From Mytilus californianus (Eukaryota): a stretch of DNA of 64,000 bases. Each line of letters starts with the position of its first letter. The first letter of the stretch is position 1. The position numbers and the translations under genes are program-made. The stretch lies in assembly GCF_021869535.1 (NCBI RefSeq), contig NW_026262723.1, positions 3,782,001 to 3,846,000 on the forward strand, in the 5' to 3' direction. The notes beneath the pieces were generated by a model. That model was not told the origin of the DNA. It made no database searches and saw only the letters and a program-made list of their open reading frames with translations. Positions 40,421 to 55,500 of this stretch are shown in pieces.

Positions 40421-42047
40421 GAAACAAAACAATATCATAAGCATATTGAAACACACTCAAGCTAATGCATAAAGGTTCATAGAGCCTACAAAAATCAAGT
40501 GCTTTTATGATACATATTCCCGAAATCTTCTGTATATAAGAAGTTAGATACAGAATGGAAGTAAAAGCTTGGTGCCAACCTAATTAATGTTATGTGTCAA
40601 ACCTAAGGTCATCATTGTAAAACTCCCAACCACTGCTTTATTAATAACAGCAATAATGACGCTGATTCCCGGATTTCAACAGGATTTCATGCACATCCTT
40701 CCGGTTGTCGTTCTTTTTAAATGTCATATATAAATAAATAATTGTGTACAGTATGTGTGAGAGACAAAGGAAGGCTAACTTAGGAAAAAAATCATGATTT
40801 CAAAACAATGGATACAAGCTTGTTGATGGTAATTGATTACAGGTCATTAAGTGTTAGTACATTGTTCTCCGAAATTCAAAACCATTAGTCGACAAAAACA
40901 TTCGAGACATCATGCCGAAAAGAAAAAAAAAAACGACGAGGAGATAAGCAACAACCCACAAAACACTACAAAGATAACTGAAGATAAAGCAGTACGAGCC
41001 CTACAAAAAAACCTTGGTTACACGTATGTGTTCCAGAAGGTTTAGCATTTCCTACTAGCTTACGTTGTGAAAGTTATATATAAAGTTTGTTTCACTGTAT
41101 AAATTTATGTGTAAGACTGTTTATTTAAGAAAGATAAGTTATTTATTGTATTATTTAGACTGTTTTTACAAATTCCATTTTCTACTCGTATAAGGTAAGA
41201 TCACTCTCAGAGTAAAATTTTTTTTTATAAAGGAATGTTAATGAAATTTTCATTTTGTACTTGTAGCAGGAAAACAAGTTCGGCGACACCATTTTTCCTT
41301 TTAATTTTTAAAAACATATTATAAAACCCACTTCATATGTAATTGCAAATTTTTATCGGATAGATATCTAGGGTTATAGGCAGTTCCCTATGACACAATT
41401 TATCTTGCCAAATAATATTGACCCCGTGTTCAACTTCAAAACGATCTACGCATTTTTCATTCAAAAGCTATGCCATCATTGAGCACCTGTTAAAGCTTAT
41501 TCTGTGTATCGTGCGCACATACATAGGTGTCAAATGTTTATATTTTCTACTTGTACTAAAAACGCATCAAAGATATCAGGCTTATAAATTTGTACGCAAG
41601 ACGCCCGTTTCGTCTATTTAAGATTCACCAGAGGCGCTCATAATAGTTGTTCCGATTTACATCCAAACAATTCTCCTCACATGCCTCATGAACTGATAAA
41701 TGTTCTTATTTAAATTCCAAATTTTTACATAGGAAGTCTCGAAATTTGGCTTTTATCCTTATCCTGATAAATGTTCCACATTATATTCCAAATAATCTTG
41801 TTCTGAAATATGAACTTTTTATCAAAATGGTCTTTATGAATACCAGCCTTATAAAAGTTCTACATTTATCATTAATATTTAAGGAGACCTTGACTTTGTT
41901 TCTTGTCCGAATGGTACACCCACATTCCAATCTGTCTGCAGTTTCTTTGACATCACGAACTTGTCAAAATTGAGATAATTAACGAATATAAATATCGCCT
42001 TCTGAAATGGAACATGCAATGTTTTAACTGCTGCCTCATATATCAAA

Positions 42048-45000
42048 ATGTCTTCTGTTTGGGTGAAACTTTGTGTTCTGACATTTGTAGCCACAGTTGG
42101 TAAGTCACTTTTTTATTATCATTTAATGAACTGATTCTTTAAGATTTAATTTGTAATTCAAAATTAAATACTTTTTCATGTAATTTTAATTAAAGGACAT
42201 TAGGGATAGGATTACGGTTAGAGTTAAGGTTAGGCTTAAGGTAGCTGTTGAATTCATGCTCACCAATTTCACCCAATTACAAATTATCATATTTGATTTA
42301 TAACACAGTAAATCTAATATCCAAATTATAAAAAGTCCAAAAAGAAACAATTAACAATGCACAGACTCCTTAAAATGTAGCAGCATTTCGTGCGTATAGA
42401 CCAATTGTCATCAAATTATATATTGAGATGACCCTGAAAGACTGCCGACAGTCATATAATTCGATACAAAAATAACTACGAATATAAATAGACAGACATA
42501 CACGTGCACTCTATTTTATAGGTCTGTTTACTTTAATGTTATATATTCAAAATATATGTATATCATCGTTTAACCATGTTTAACTTTTTAATGTTGAAAT
42601 TATCTTCTTTCTAACAAATAAACATGCTGAACACATGTACAACCCCTCCCCACCAAAAAGTCAAATTCAAAGCTGCAGGAATACGATTTTTAGTTTATTT
42701 TTACAAAATTGAACCAAACCGACTACTAATAGCTAAATATTATTTATATAACGTTTCCCCTAATGTACGCACATCTGGCGTACAACATAATAAGCCTCGT
42801 ATCTTTGATGAGTTTTGTTTTTATTAATGATTGAAACAAAATAAATTATATATTAATTTTTGTTCAATGTGTAAAAACATTGACCGAAGCAGATTTGTAA
42901 TTAAACGCTTGAAATGTAAGTGCACACGGTCAACGTTGTTACAAATTTAGAGTAAACACATAAGATTGCAAGTGAAATCAAGCTTTTCCTAACTTATTTT
43001 TTCAAATAGTCATATTATTGTAATTAAGTAACTTTGTCATAGAGAGTACGTCTAGTTATGAATGTGACGATTTATTGAAATAAAGAACACCATATGCTTT
43101 TAGTCAGATTATCAAATAATGGAATTCCTTTGAAACAGTTTTTCTTCGTGATGCAAATAAACCAATTGTCAAAATAAATGTTATCCCTCAAAATGTAACT
43201 CATATTATTCTTCTTTGACTTTTGGTCTTGATTGCCTTCCTTGAATGTGATTACTCTTTTTATATCATTTATTTATAAAAAAATTAGACACTTTTCAACA
43301 TTCATATTTTGTTTCAGTATTTTGTGCATGTCCAAATAATTGGAGTCATTATGAAGACAAGTGCTTCTTTCTAAGCCGCGACAACGAGACATTTGCCGAT
43401 TCACTGGTGAGTTACAACGAAGAGAGCAGAGGGAGGGTTCCGAAATTAAATACTTATAAATTTGTCTTCAAATTTGGATTTCGATTGTCTTACTTTGATA
43501 TAGAATTACTCTTTGTGTATTGCACGCTGTATTAAATGTGTCATATTCTCGATTGTGAATGGGTGTGGATTCCAATTACGGATGATGTATGCATAGCAGA
43601 AGTCGATTGCCCTTTAGACACATCCAGTCTCGCTTCTTTTACAGTTCATATGAATCCCTCAGATTTTGTTTTTACCTTTTTTGATCTTCTTAGTTGATAT
43701 ATGGGATTTGAACATCGGTAAACTACCGTTGTCTCACATTTCACATCACATGACATAATATTAGGAGCGGGTTTTTCGAGGGTGAAATATAACAGAAAAT
43801 ATATTATTTTATTCATCCAAATTAATCGTATAATATCAACATGACCAATGAATACTTGTTTTGTAATTTGAAAGTAATATGTTTCTATCTTATTTCAGAA
43901 ACTGTGTGAAGTGATTGGACGCCAATATGGAAGATCGGCATCATTAGCTACTGTTGATGATGCGAAACACAACAGTTTCTTACAGATTTAATGATCAAAA
44001 TTAGTAAGAATGAGTAGACATTAGATTGTACATGAATCATAAAGCACAACTATTCCCATGTTACTTCCTACCTTAACCTAAAACAAACAATATGTGGCGA
44101 CCTGTGTAAGGTACTATTAAACTTGGCTGTCGTAATGAGTGTAAAAACTACAGTCAGTACGACGTTTTAAAATGGTCTTTATGTCTGTAAAGGATTTGGA
44201 TACTAAAGCGAAGCTATATATATGGTATGCACAGGAATTTTTCTGCATTTTGCAAGAATAAGAACATGGTTTTGTTTACTTGCCAGTCATTGAGGATCCT
44301 TTTCTTACGTAGAAATGATAGACTGAGTCGTTGTTGTTTTGTCATTAAAGCATTTACTTTTTAAAATGTTTTAATTTGTTGACTACTTCATTGTTTGCAT
44401 TTAAAAAACAAGCCTAATACTTTAACCTAGTCGCCATGAACTAGTTCTATGAGTCATCGTACAATACATTCAGTCAACTGCGATTTGAAAACTGCAGTGA
44501 AGTAATTAAAAATGGCAGTGTATTTTGATGGAATCGTTTTCTGTAAATCTCATATTTTATTCAAAACAACAGGAAGAAAAAACCAAAACAACTATATTTT
44601 TGCCAAACAGAAATTATAAAGTCAATCTGAAAACAAATTATGAATGAGAAACATGAAAACGAGATAAAAAAAAGCCAAAATAAAAAAAATCTGGTTTAAA
44701 TTACGCTCATACAAATACGTCTTTCAAAACCAGACAGTGACGTCATGTGGTCAAATCTCACACGCTCACTTGTTAAAATAGAAGGAAGTCATGGAAAACT
44801 TATGCAGAAATAAAATTTCCGGTAAGCCTGGAAAACAATAAATTTCACTGTAATTTGTGTATTATGCCGTTCATTATTTTGGCCTGAAAAATACTAAAAA
44901 TTACTTTAGAATACAATTTAGAAATGTATATTTGATGGATAGAATTTCGCATGTTTTGTTTAAAAGCAGAAATATGAGATTTTGTTTAGTAATTCACAAC

Positions 45001-46295
45001 CATTTTGTTTGTTTTATTAGATTCCATTGGAATGTACATAGGATTAAATGACCTTGTAACTGAAGGGACATTTCACTGGGTAGCCAACGGCAAGCAGGCA
45101 ACATACTTTAACTGGGGACCTACCCAACCAAACAACAGAGGGGGAAACGAAAATTGTGTAGCTATGCGAGTTGATCCAGTTATAGGCTTCAATTATTCTT
45201 GGACAGATGGTCCTTGCACAGTTCCAACCACCTACATTTGTGAAATGGTGTAAGTACTATTGCAGAGGAAGAGATTAAAAGGCAATACACGTTACAATGT
45301 GATATGCGACTTGATGCTGTTAATGGCTTCAAATTTTCTTGGACAGATGGTTTTTGAACAGTTCCAACAAAATAAATCTGTGAAATGGTGTAAGAACCAT
45401 TCCAAAGAAATCGAATAAACGCAACACCTACTATCTGGAATATTTACAACTGCTAAAAAATGATGAACTGTTTTTTTTTAGTTGTTTAATGTTGTTTTTT
45501 ACCGCGTTATCAGCACGTTGTAGATTTTAAAATTCAAAAATGTGCTCTCTGTCCACACATTATCGTCATGGAGTGAACAAGTATCCATAATAATAAACTC
45601 ATCATATATACCAGGATTAAAATTCTGAACGCCAGACGCATGTTTCGTCTACAAACGACTCATCAGGGACGCTCGAAATTTTTTTTAAAAAGTTGAAGAG
45701 CATTAAACACCCGAAGTTATTGATAATAAGTTGTTTGAAGAATGGTTCTTCTTCCTTTACTATGTTTAGTGATTGACTCAAAAAAAACCCAATATGTACA
45801 TGATCCCAACCAGGATCGTTCGTCGGATATTTGGAGTATGCTGTTATGACATAACGGTCCATCCATAAGTGTTTTCCTTCCGTAAACTTTTAAAAAAAGA
45901 TGACTTCAACCTTACAATTAATATAACTATAAGCCGAAGTAGTATGATTGACAATGAGACAACTCTCCACAAGAAATCAATTAGCTACTATTTGTCACTG
46001 TAGAGCCGTCAAAAATGCGCAAATCCCATACAGTTTAACAAGGGTATAAAAGCCCCTCAAATAACATATGTAAAACAATTTAACCGGCCTCATAAACGAA
46101 AATACATACAATATTTAAACAACGAAAGGCAACCACTGAATTACAAGCCTCCGACTTGGTTCATTTGTCACCTGCAGCTTCTGTCACTAAAATATTCCCC
46201 ACATTTGAAAGAACATTATTGATATACATTTGATTTTTTCTAAATATTTATTTATCTATTTTAGGGCAGCAGATATTGGAAACCTTCTCGGATAG
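42048..46295 (+). pseudogene. C-type lectin copy D (S-subtype), frameshifted in exon 3 (pseudogene or assembly indel)
   Basis: Exons 42048-42099, 43318-43406, 43899-44003 (105 nt instead of 106), 45021-45249, 46265-46295. GCGAAACAC replaces GCGAAAACAC, giving a premature TAA at 43989-43991. Other exons and splice sites are intact. Confidence 0.75.
45627..45674 (-). ncRNA. Minimal type-I hammerhead ribozyme motif, antisense in intron 4 of gene D
   Basis: Same core as 8972-9019, with stem I 3' arm uggcguuc. Confidence 0.72.
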
Positions 46296-48774
46296 CCGTA
46301 ATTGTCAGCAATTGTATTACATTGTACATGTCCGTTTATTTATTTATTTATTATATATCTATACCCAAATTCTTCTGTTGTTTTTATTTTATATACTAGT
46401 ATTGTTTTTATCATGAGCTATTATCTTCTATTTATTAGCTTCGCAACCTGTTATTTCAAAGTCATAGCCGACTAACGTGTATTTCTGTAGAAAATGTGAC
46501 ACTGAAAGGGATAGATATTCATAACAACACACAAAAACAGAGAATAATTATGTTGATGGTCTTCCAATAAACCTTACAATCAACTTTGATTCCAATATGT
46601 TGTTTGATGGAATGGATAGTGTTAAACAAGATATACAGTATACACTGGAACACAAGACATAACTCATAGTTTTGATCTACCCTGACCCATACCCAAACAT
46701 TATCTGTTTTCTGATATGAAACACATATGTTTAAATGTATGTACAAGTGAACAGCGGGAAAATGAAATACAATTGTACTTCTTAAACATAGTTCAAACAT
46801 CACTTTCTTATATATCAAGCTGACACCTGTCATTTATAACATATAATGTAATCAGAATAATCCATTTCACAAAATGAGTATTATTATGTGACATGGGCAC
46901 TATCAATTTTTTCAGACGCTTGTTTCGTATACACAAGACTCACCAGTGACGTTCGAATCAAAAACGTTAAAAAAGTACAAATAAATTACGAAGTTGAAGA
47001 GCATTGAGGAGCTTATATTTCACAGAATTCAAAAACACCTAGCTTTTATCCTTCTTTAATGTATTAAGGTAGATAATAAGCGACTTTTGGTTTACCCAAA
47101 ACAATTCCCGCTGTCAACTGATAGCTAAATTTACAAAATAAATGGTTTCTTTATCTTTTGCTTGACATAAGGAACCAATTTGCTATTTCCGGATAGAAAT
47201 TACAACGTCCGGTTTGACATAATAAGTTACTTCATACTGATTCCAAAAGTATATGGTTGCTAGATTCTTTTACATAAAATAAATGACAAAAACTAGATTT
47301 TTCCTGTTTACAGAAGGCCAATTTTGTAGCTGACCTTTCGAGGTTACATGCCTTTCAACCTAATGCAAGGAACCCAATGGCTTTAGCATGTTCAATTATA
47401 AAGTTAGAGCAAAGGTTCCAATCTAAAACGTACAATTAACCTAAAATTTTGACTTCAATTCCAAGGTCACAAAGCAACGATCTCATATCAAAATGGTTAA
47501 ACAAAACTACTCGAAGATAAATTCAAAAAGGGGGAAGTCCATGAAACATGACGAAATCAAACGTCAGACTATACGTCAACAAACGGAACGAATTGTTACA
47601 ACTGTCATATTACGAACTTGGTACAGGCATATAACGAAGTGGTGGGTTTAACGTTTTTTCTTACACTTTCTTACACTGGTTTCACGTTTATAGCTAGGTA
47701 GCAAGGTAGCTAGGTAGAACCCTAACTTTTATGACAGTTGTTTATAGTTCCGTTTTGTTAACAAAATTGGGTGTGCAACCCAAATAGACTCAATTTGTTA
47801 ATATGACAGTAATTGGGATCCAGCAGGCAAAACTGTTTTAACAATTATCATTGACATACAATTAAATCTAACCAAGATGCCACAAAAAAGTTATTGTAAT
47901 TGATAGTAAATCTGACAAAGACGTCAGTATATAAAAACATTAAATGCGGTACAGTATACACTTTCCCGATAAAGTACGAATAAGTAAAATATTCATCCAA
48001 GGGTTTACAAAAAGAAAACAACATTGTAAAAACCTACTGGGTCCGAATCGCACCTCTAGACCAACCTCCTCAGGAACACCCAACGTCAAAAAACCAGATA
48101 ACTGGATGGACAAAACAGGACCAAAAAGGAACAAATAAGCATAAACAAAAGAGAAAACTATAAAGTAAACACAAAGATAATCAACTTTAGCCCCTACAAT
48201 CTCTAACTCAAGACCTTCTTGTATTATTTATGAAGTAGACACTGACTATTTATCTTTAAGGTGTGAAACATTCTATGAACTTTTTGAGAAAAAGGGTGAG
48301 ACGTTCTTTGTCAAAACCCGGAACTATTAATTTTTGCTCAGACACCGATGCATTTACCAAGTCTTAGTAGCAGCTGCAAGCCCTTGAATGTCAAATGAGT
48401 TGAGAAATATATACTCAATACGAGTTTGAAGTTTGTATATTGCTGCTAAGATGAGGAAAAATTTATAATGTTAAAGTAGAAATCGTCTCGTTTGTCATAT
48501 TCTGGCACTGAGATGACCGTTGTAGTCAAATTCGAGGTATGTGTCACGAAATGAGGCGGAATAGCTGTTTTTGTTGTTTTTTAATCTATTGCTCAGAAGG
48601 ATGAATTAATGGGACCTAATCCGAAAAGTGTGGATTGTATATTGAAAAAAAATCAGAAATATACCTCTTTGTGAAATTGAATGATTAAGCATTGATCTTG
48701 TTTCTTAAAAGTTTCTAATGGAACTCTGACTCGTATGAAAATAGGAAAGTCGACCAGATGAGGTGAACAAGTCA

Positions 48775-51229
48775 GGAATATGACAGTTGTTATCCATTCG
48801 TTTGATGTGTTTGAGCTTTTGATTTTGCCATTTGATAAGGAACTTTCCGTTTTGGATTTTCTTTGGAGTTCGGTATTTTTGCTATTTTACTTTTTAGATA
48901 TTTTGTATATAATATCGAAGTGCTAATACGCTTTTGAAACTCACGCTTTACCGAACACTTTTCCTTAAAAGAATTGTCTCCCTTAAACTGTTTTCCATAA
49001 ACGCACTTCTCTTTGTCATGCGCAAAAGATACTAGAAATCATTTTCCCATATCTATTGATCGTTACAACCTCAGGATGTCCAGAATAATTTTACCAAAGC
49101 AATTCGGAGATACCATATGAGGGTTATTAACCTTTATGTGTTTGATATAAGTGATATGTACTTTTAACCTGTACACCATAAGTGATAGAGACCTAGAGTC
49201 TTTTGATTTGAGGTCTTCGGTCCAAAAAAATTAAAATGAGGTCACGGTCAAGGTCTTGTTATAAGTTCTGACTTTTGCTTGTTATTGCTACTCCCTTAAT
49301 TTTTATCGAAAATGACTTTCTATGAGTTGCGACATACCTTCACAGGAATTGTTTGTTCAAAGGGATAAGGTGACATTAGGGACTTTCCTTTTTGAATTTC
49401 TCGGAGTTCAGTATTTTTGTGATTTTACTTTTTTCTCATATGATGCCGACACTCTGCTGTTCAGCAGACTTTAGGTCTATGTATTGTTAATGAAATATAT
49501 ACTAAACATTTTGTTTTGAACATTCGTTAAATAAAGGCAACAGTAGTAAACCGCTGTTCGATAGTCATAATTCGATTGAGCAAAAACAAATCCGGATAAC
49601 AAACTAAAACCGAGGGAAACACATCAACTATAAGAGGAAAACAACGGAACAACAGAAACACTGAACTACAACAAAAGCAAACGCCAACATACATAGAAAC
49701 GGACTGTGTGATCACAACTGCCATATTCTTGACTTGGTACAGGACATTTTAAGAAAAAATGGTGGGTTAAACCTGGATTTATGGATAGCCAAACCTCCCG
49801 CTCATATATGGCAATGTTGAAAATACAGCTAAAATGACAACACTACGTGACAGGAATACAGTACAAACAAACGCAAGAACTCTCAGCACAGAGAAATACA
49901 TAATATAAATAATATAATAGTGTATAACAACATGTAAACCGCAGAATAACAACGAACACCTCCCATGAATTTACGACAGCACACCAGGACACCACAAACG
50001 AAATATTAACTGCGCGTCACATGAATGGACCAACGTCACAAAAAGTATTATTTGTAACGTTTATATTATCACTGGTAAATTTCTAAAAATAAATAGATTT
50101 GTTTAATTTATAGACACGTACAATAATATGAATTGGAATTGAGTTTGTAATGGTGTTATTTTATGTATTTTGCAACCATGACAAGAATATTAAAATGGAA
50201 TTATGTTTGTTATGGTGTTATTATTTGTATTTTCTAACCATGTTGGTTTCTCTTCTAAATCAAAACTGTGTATAAACAAAAATAACCTGTGCATATAGTT
50301 GTTTTAAACTTAAAATCGTAAAAATTAAGTAGCTGATTTTTTATCTTAACTTGTACATACATATAGAAAATAAAAATAAAATAAAATAACTGTGATATAC
50401 GACAAGATCATGTAATACCAAACAGTAAACACATATGTAATCAAATAACATAAGTTGTTTGATGAAAACAGTTTTGGGGAGACAATTTGTTTTAAGGAAA
50501 AGTGTTCGATAAAGCTTTAGTTTCAAAAGCGTATTAGCACTTCGATATTATATACCAAATATCTAAAGAGTAAAATAGCAAATATACCGAACTCCAAGGA
50601 ATATTCAAAACAGAAATACTCGTTTAATGTCACCTTATCCCTTTGAACAAACAATTCCTGTGAAGGTATGTCGCAACTCATAGAAAGTCATTTTCGATAA
50701 AAATTAAGGGAGTAGCAATAACAAGCAAAAGTCAGAACTTATAACAAGACCTTGACCGTGACCTCATTTTAATTTTTTTGGACCGAAGACCTCAAATCAA
50801 AAGACTCTAGGTCTCTACCGCTTATGGTGTACAGATTAAAAGTACATATCACTTATATCAAACACATAAAGGTTAATAACCCTCATATGGTATCTCCGAA
50901 TTGCTTTGGTAAAATTATTCTGGACATCCTGAGGTTGTAACGATCAATAAATATGGGAAAATGATTTCTAGTATCTTTTGCGCATGACAAAGAGAAGTGC
51001 GTTTATGGAAAACAGTTTAAGGGAGACAATTCTTTTAAGGAAAAGTGTTCGGTAAAGCGTGAGTTTCAAAAGCATATTAGCACTTCGATATTATATACAA
51101 AATATCTAAAAAGTAAAATAGCAAAAATACCGAACTCCAAAGAAAATCCAAAACGAAAAGTTCCTTATCAAATGGCAAAATCAAAAGCTCAAACACATCA
51201 AACGAATGGAAAACAACTGTCATATTCCT
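48775..51229. repeat. About 605-bp near-identical inverted repeat (48775-49378 versus 50625-51229)
   Basis: The left arm is the reverse complement of the right arm over its whole length with few mismatches; the spacer is about 1.25 kb. Confidence 0.9.
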
Positions 51230-52569
51230 AACGTGGTACAGGCATTTCCTTATGTAGACAATGGTGGATAAAACCTCGTTTATAGTATGTATAGCTAGCT
51301 AAACCTCTCACTTGTATACAGTCGCATCAAATATGCTACATCTTGCGAATCAACAAAACAGCGCAAAAAAAAACTTGCGGAAGACAAAAACAAATATATC
51401 TAGAAAAAAAGGAAAACGGTTTTCTTTGAAAAAGATTTCTATGAGAACAAATCACATTCTGTCGAAGAAAAAAAATTTAAAAAAATACAATTGCGAGATG
51501 CTTCGGGGATTACATGACTTTTTTGTTAAAATAATCTATCCTTTGGAATCTGTGTCATTTATGTTCTTCAATTATTGACATCCAGCAAAGAAATCTGTTT
51601 AAAACGTTTGGAGTTGATGTGACCTCGAGTTCTTGCTACCTTACATGGGATTGACGAACAAATGATCGAACGGTTGCACCGACCAGAAAACATGTCCCAT
51701 ACTATTGTTGTTAGGGCTTAAAGCCTTTAACCAACCCAAGAAATGGGAGACATGACGAATATACATCTTCCTTAGACCAATTTGAAAACCAATGGCTAAT
51801 TACACACAATGTATAACAAATGTTCAAAAAGTACATGTAAGATATCAAGGGAACAATCAAAGAATGAAAACACAGTGAAAAAAAAAAACAAACAATAAAG
51901 CTTTACAGTGACAACAAAATACCAAACCACACGAAACCCAACAAAAACTGGGGGTGAATTCAGGTGCTCGGAAGAGTAAAATCAAAAACAACCTGACCGC
52001 AAATCATATTGCAGCGTTTGATTTCCTTTTTACATCACAAAACAATCAGTATATCTGTCTTCTAAAACCTTTGCCATCATTGTTCACCTGGTAAAGATTG
52101 TTTCGGAAACAGGCATCGTGCACATAGGATTTTATAAGTGTTATGGGTATACATTCTAACAAATGTTCTATATAACAACATTTCTGTACATGAACTGAGA
52201 AATGTTCTAATTTAGGTTTTTACAAATGTTCTATATAGAAAAATGTCTTTACATGTACTGATAAACGTTCTAAGTTATATTCCAACAAATGTTCTATAAA
52301 ATAGCATTTACCCCACTTGTACTGATAAATGTTCTAATTTACGTTCCTAGTGTTCATATGGTCAACTTTGGTTTTGGTCCGAATTTGACACCCACATTCT
52401 AACCTGTCTGCAGTTTCGAATTCTATTTACATTCCAAAACATTCTGACATTGAAATCACGAACTTTGATACCAAGTCTTATCAAAATTGAGATAATCAAC
52501 GAATACTAGTATAAATATCGCCTTATTAAATGCAACAAGCAGTATTAAACTGAAACAGTATCTTATAAA

Positions 52570-55500
52570 ATGTCTCCTGTTTTGATGAAACTTCTTGTTT
52601 TAGCAGTTGTAGGAACAGCTGGTAAGCATATTTATATATTTCATTTAATGAACTGCTTTTTCAAGCGTTTAATGATATATGTATATCATGTATATCTTTT
52701 AACCATATACTGATACCTACAGCTACATGATATATTGTTTATTTCCTGATCTTTTCCTCGATTGAAAACATCAAACTAGAACCTATGACAAACGTGATGA
52801 TTTTAAAATGTTAACTTCTCATTTCTCAACATTAATATACGCTTTGCTCCATCTTGTGGCTTTTATACATCTAAGTTAATACGTTACACTCGTGCACGTT
52901 CCAATAGTACTATCTTCATTGACAGAAGTGTGCTCCTTACACAAAAATTGAACCAACAGACTGATGAGTAAGAACTCTTGAAATTGACATTAAATAAGTT
53001 TTATAGGGACTATTTCGAATTGGTCGACCGATACCACATGTGTGTTTTTCAACATACTGGCGATATGTCTGTGTTTAAACTCATTAGCGACATGTTTTCG
53101 CAGTCTTAGATCTTCAGCTACCAGAATAGCTGTTTACTTTTTAGTTTTACAGATGGAAATCTATTCCCAGTCATGTCATTTGACTGACTTGCTTCACATG
53201 GCGGGAAAGACATGCATATACTTGTAGTAGGAGACGCCTACTAGGTCGACGCACCGGTTCTCCATCATTATCGTGTTGATGCAATTCCATAAGTTTTATT
53301 GGTTACCTTTGTTTTTTCTCAACAAACAAGATTTGAACTACTATCTTCTTTATACTGATTATTTTTATAAATCACATATTTAAATTTCCATGTTTAATGA
53401 TACGACACATACTAAAGCATTAGTATTACTGTTTCAGTATTTTGCACTTGTCCAAATGGATGGAATCATTATGAAGACAAATGTTTCTTTTTGAGCCGGG
53501 ACAATGAGACATTTGGCAATTCACTGGTGAGTTGAGATAATAATCAAAAGGTCTGAATTATATTAACATATTTACTACTTTTTAATCGTTCTTTTGTTTG
53601 AAAACACTTTCTCATCAAATACTATAGTTTGATGCCAACCGCCAAGTAGCTGAGGGGTCGATTTAATACATTTCAAGCTAGAATTTTTTATTAATTACTA
53701 GTACTCCCAAAAGAAAAGATGACATTTGATGCAATAACTTTTGAGGTTTTGTTTTCGATTTCTAAAAATGTTTCTATATGTATTTTGCTTCATGAAATGA
53801 TGGTGTTGCACGTACTTGATGAAGTTGTTTTTCAATTGGAAGGACTCAAAATTTGATAAATACTAGACAGGTAAATAAGCGAAAAGGTTGAAGACGAATA
53901 GCCAAAATAAGTGAAATAAGTTTGGTCTTATTAAGGTCCCTAACTTTAGTAAAATCATAACATTCATCATAATAAAAAAACTGAGGATATAACTTCTTGC
54001 GCGCAAAACGTATGTCTGAAATAACTCTCACCAAATAAACTTGAGACCTAAACATTTGAATATATATCAAAGTCTCAAGTACACAACCATCAGACGACGA
54101 AAAAGAGTTAACTTCATGGCCGTTGGAAAGACAACGAAAAACCAAACAAAATCCCTGAACAACTACAAAGTAATCTAAAGATTGAGCAAAAAAAAAAGAA
54201 AAACCCACACAAATTCTTTCACCAGAGTTTAAGGAGTTCCTGTTACACTAGTGGCACCCGTCATGTTGCTGATGGAAATTTAAAAAAGGTGACAAATCAC
54301 ATTGTTATACTTCACGTTAAAATGCCATATTTTGATTGGCTAATACGAGGGTGTTAATTTACTCTATGACCTTCATGGAGACGCTTGATCAAGTGTGCGC
54401 TTTATTAAATACGACTCTATCCTATGGCAAATACTCTATTACCCTTCACGGAGACGCTTGATCAAGTGTGAGCTTTATTAAATACGACTCTATCCTATTG
54501 CAAATACTCTATAACCCTTCACGGAGACGCTTGATCAAGTGTGCGCTTTATTATATACGACTCTATCCTATGGCAAATACTCTAGTACCCTTCACGGAGA
54601 CGCTTGATCAAGTATGCGCTTTATTAAATACAACTATATCCTATGGCAAATACTCTATAACCCTTCACGGAGACGCTTGATCAAGTGTGCGCTTTATTAA
54701 ATACGGATGGTTGTTATGTACAAGACGTCATAGTTTATTACTTTGAATTTGAAATTTAATCGACAGTAATAACAGAACATTCAGTATAATAAATTAAATA
54801 ACACATATCTGAGAGGGTGAAAAAGCAGATGGTTACCCCTCGAAAAGACATTGTCAACCTTGGCTTCGCCTCAGTTTACAATGTTTTCTCGGGGTAACAA
54901 TCTGCTCTATCACCCTCTCAGATATGTGTCATTTATATATTAGTTGATGTCACAATCCAGGAGTAGATGACGGGTTTGTCGCTACGACCTATGGATTTGA
55001 TGCAATTTTGTTATTTTTACAAATAGAAATTTAGAGACAAAATGTACCAATATCAGTAATAACAATGCCAAACAACTGGCTACTGAGTTGGACAGTAACC
55101 CCGGGACTGATAGTCGACCAGTTTGGATACAAACCAAGAGGAAGCATAAATCCAATGATAGGATTTCTGTCCGCAAAATACTAGTTTGTGTTTCATAAAG
55201 ATGAAAATAAATATTGCTTAAGAGCACAAAACCCTAAAAGTGCCGAAATAGAAAAGACAAAACGTCTTGATCAACTTTACGTTTGGGATATAAACTTTAG
55301 ATTTAGCACATTTTCAAAATTGTAGGAGCTGGAATTTGTTCGACAACATGCAACATCAATAACAATTCTATTTGACCCCTAAGCAAAACAATGTATAAGT
55401 TTAAACATTGGCTACTTTGTTAACTGATTTAAGTTATAAACAGATACGCATACTTTAACTAAAATATTGTTTTGCCTGTCAATTCTATCACATATTCAAA

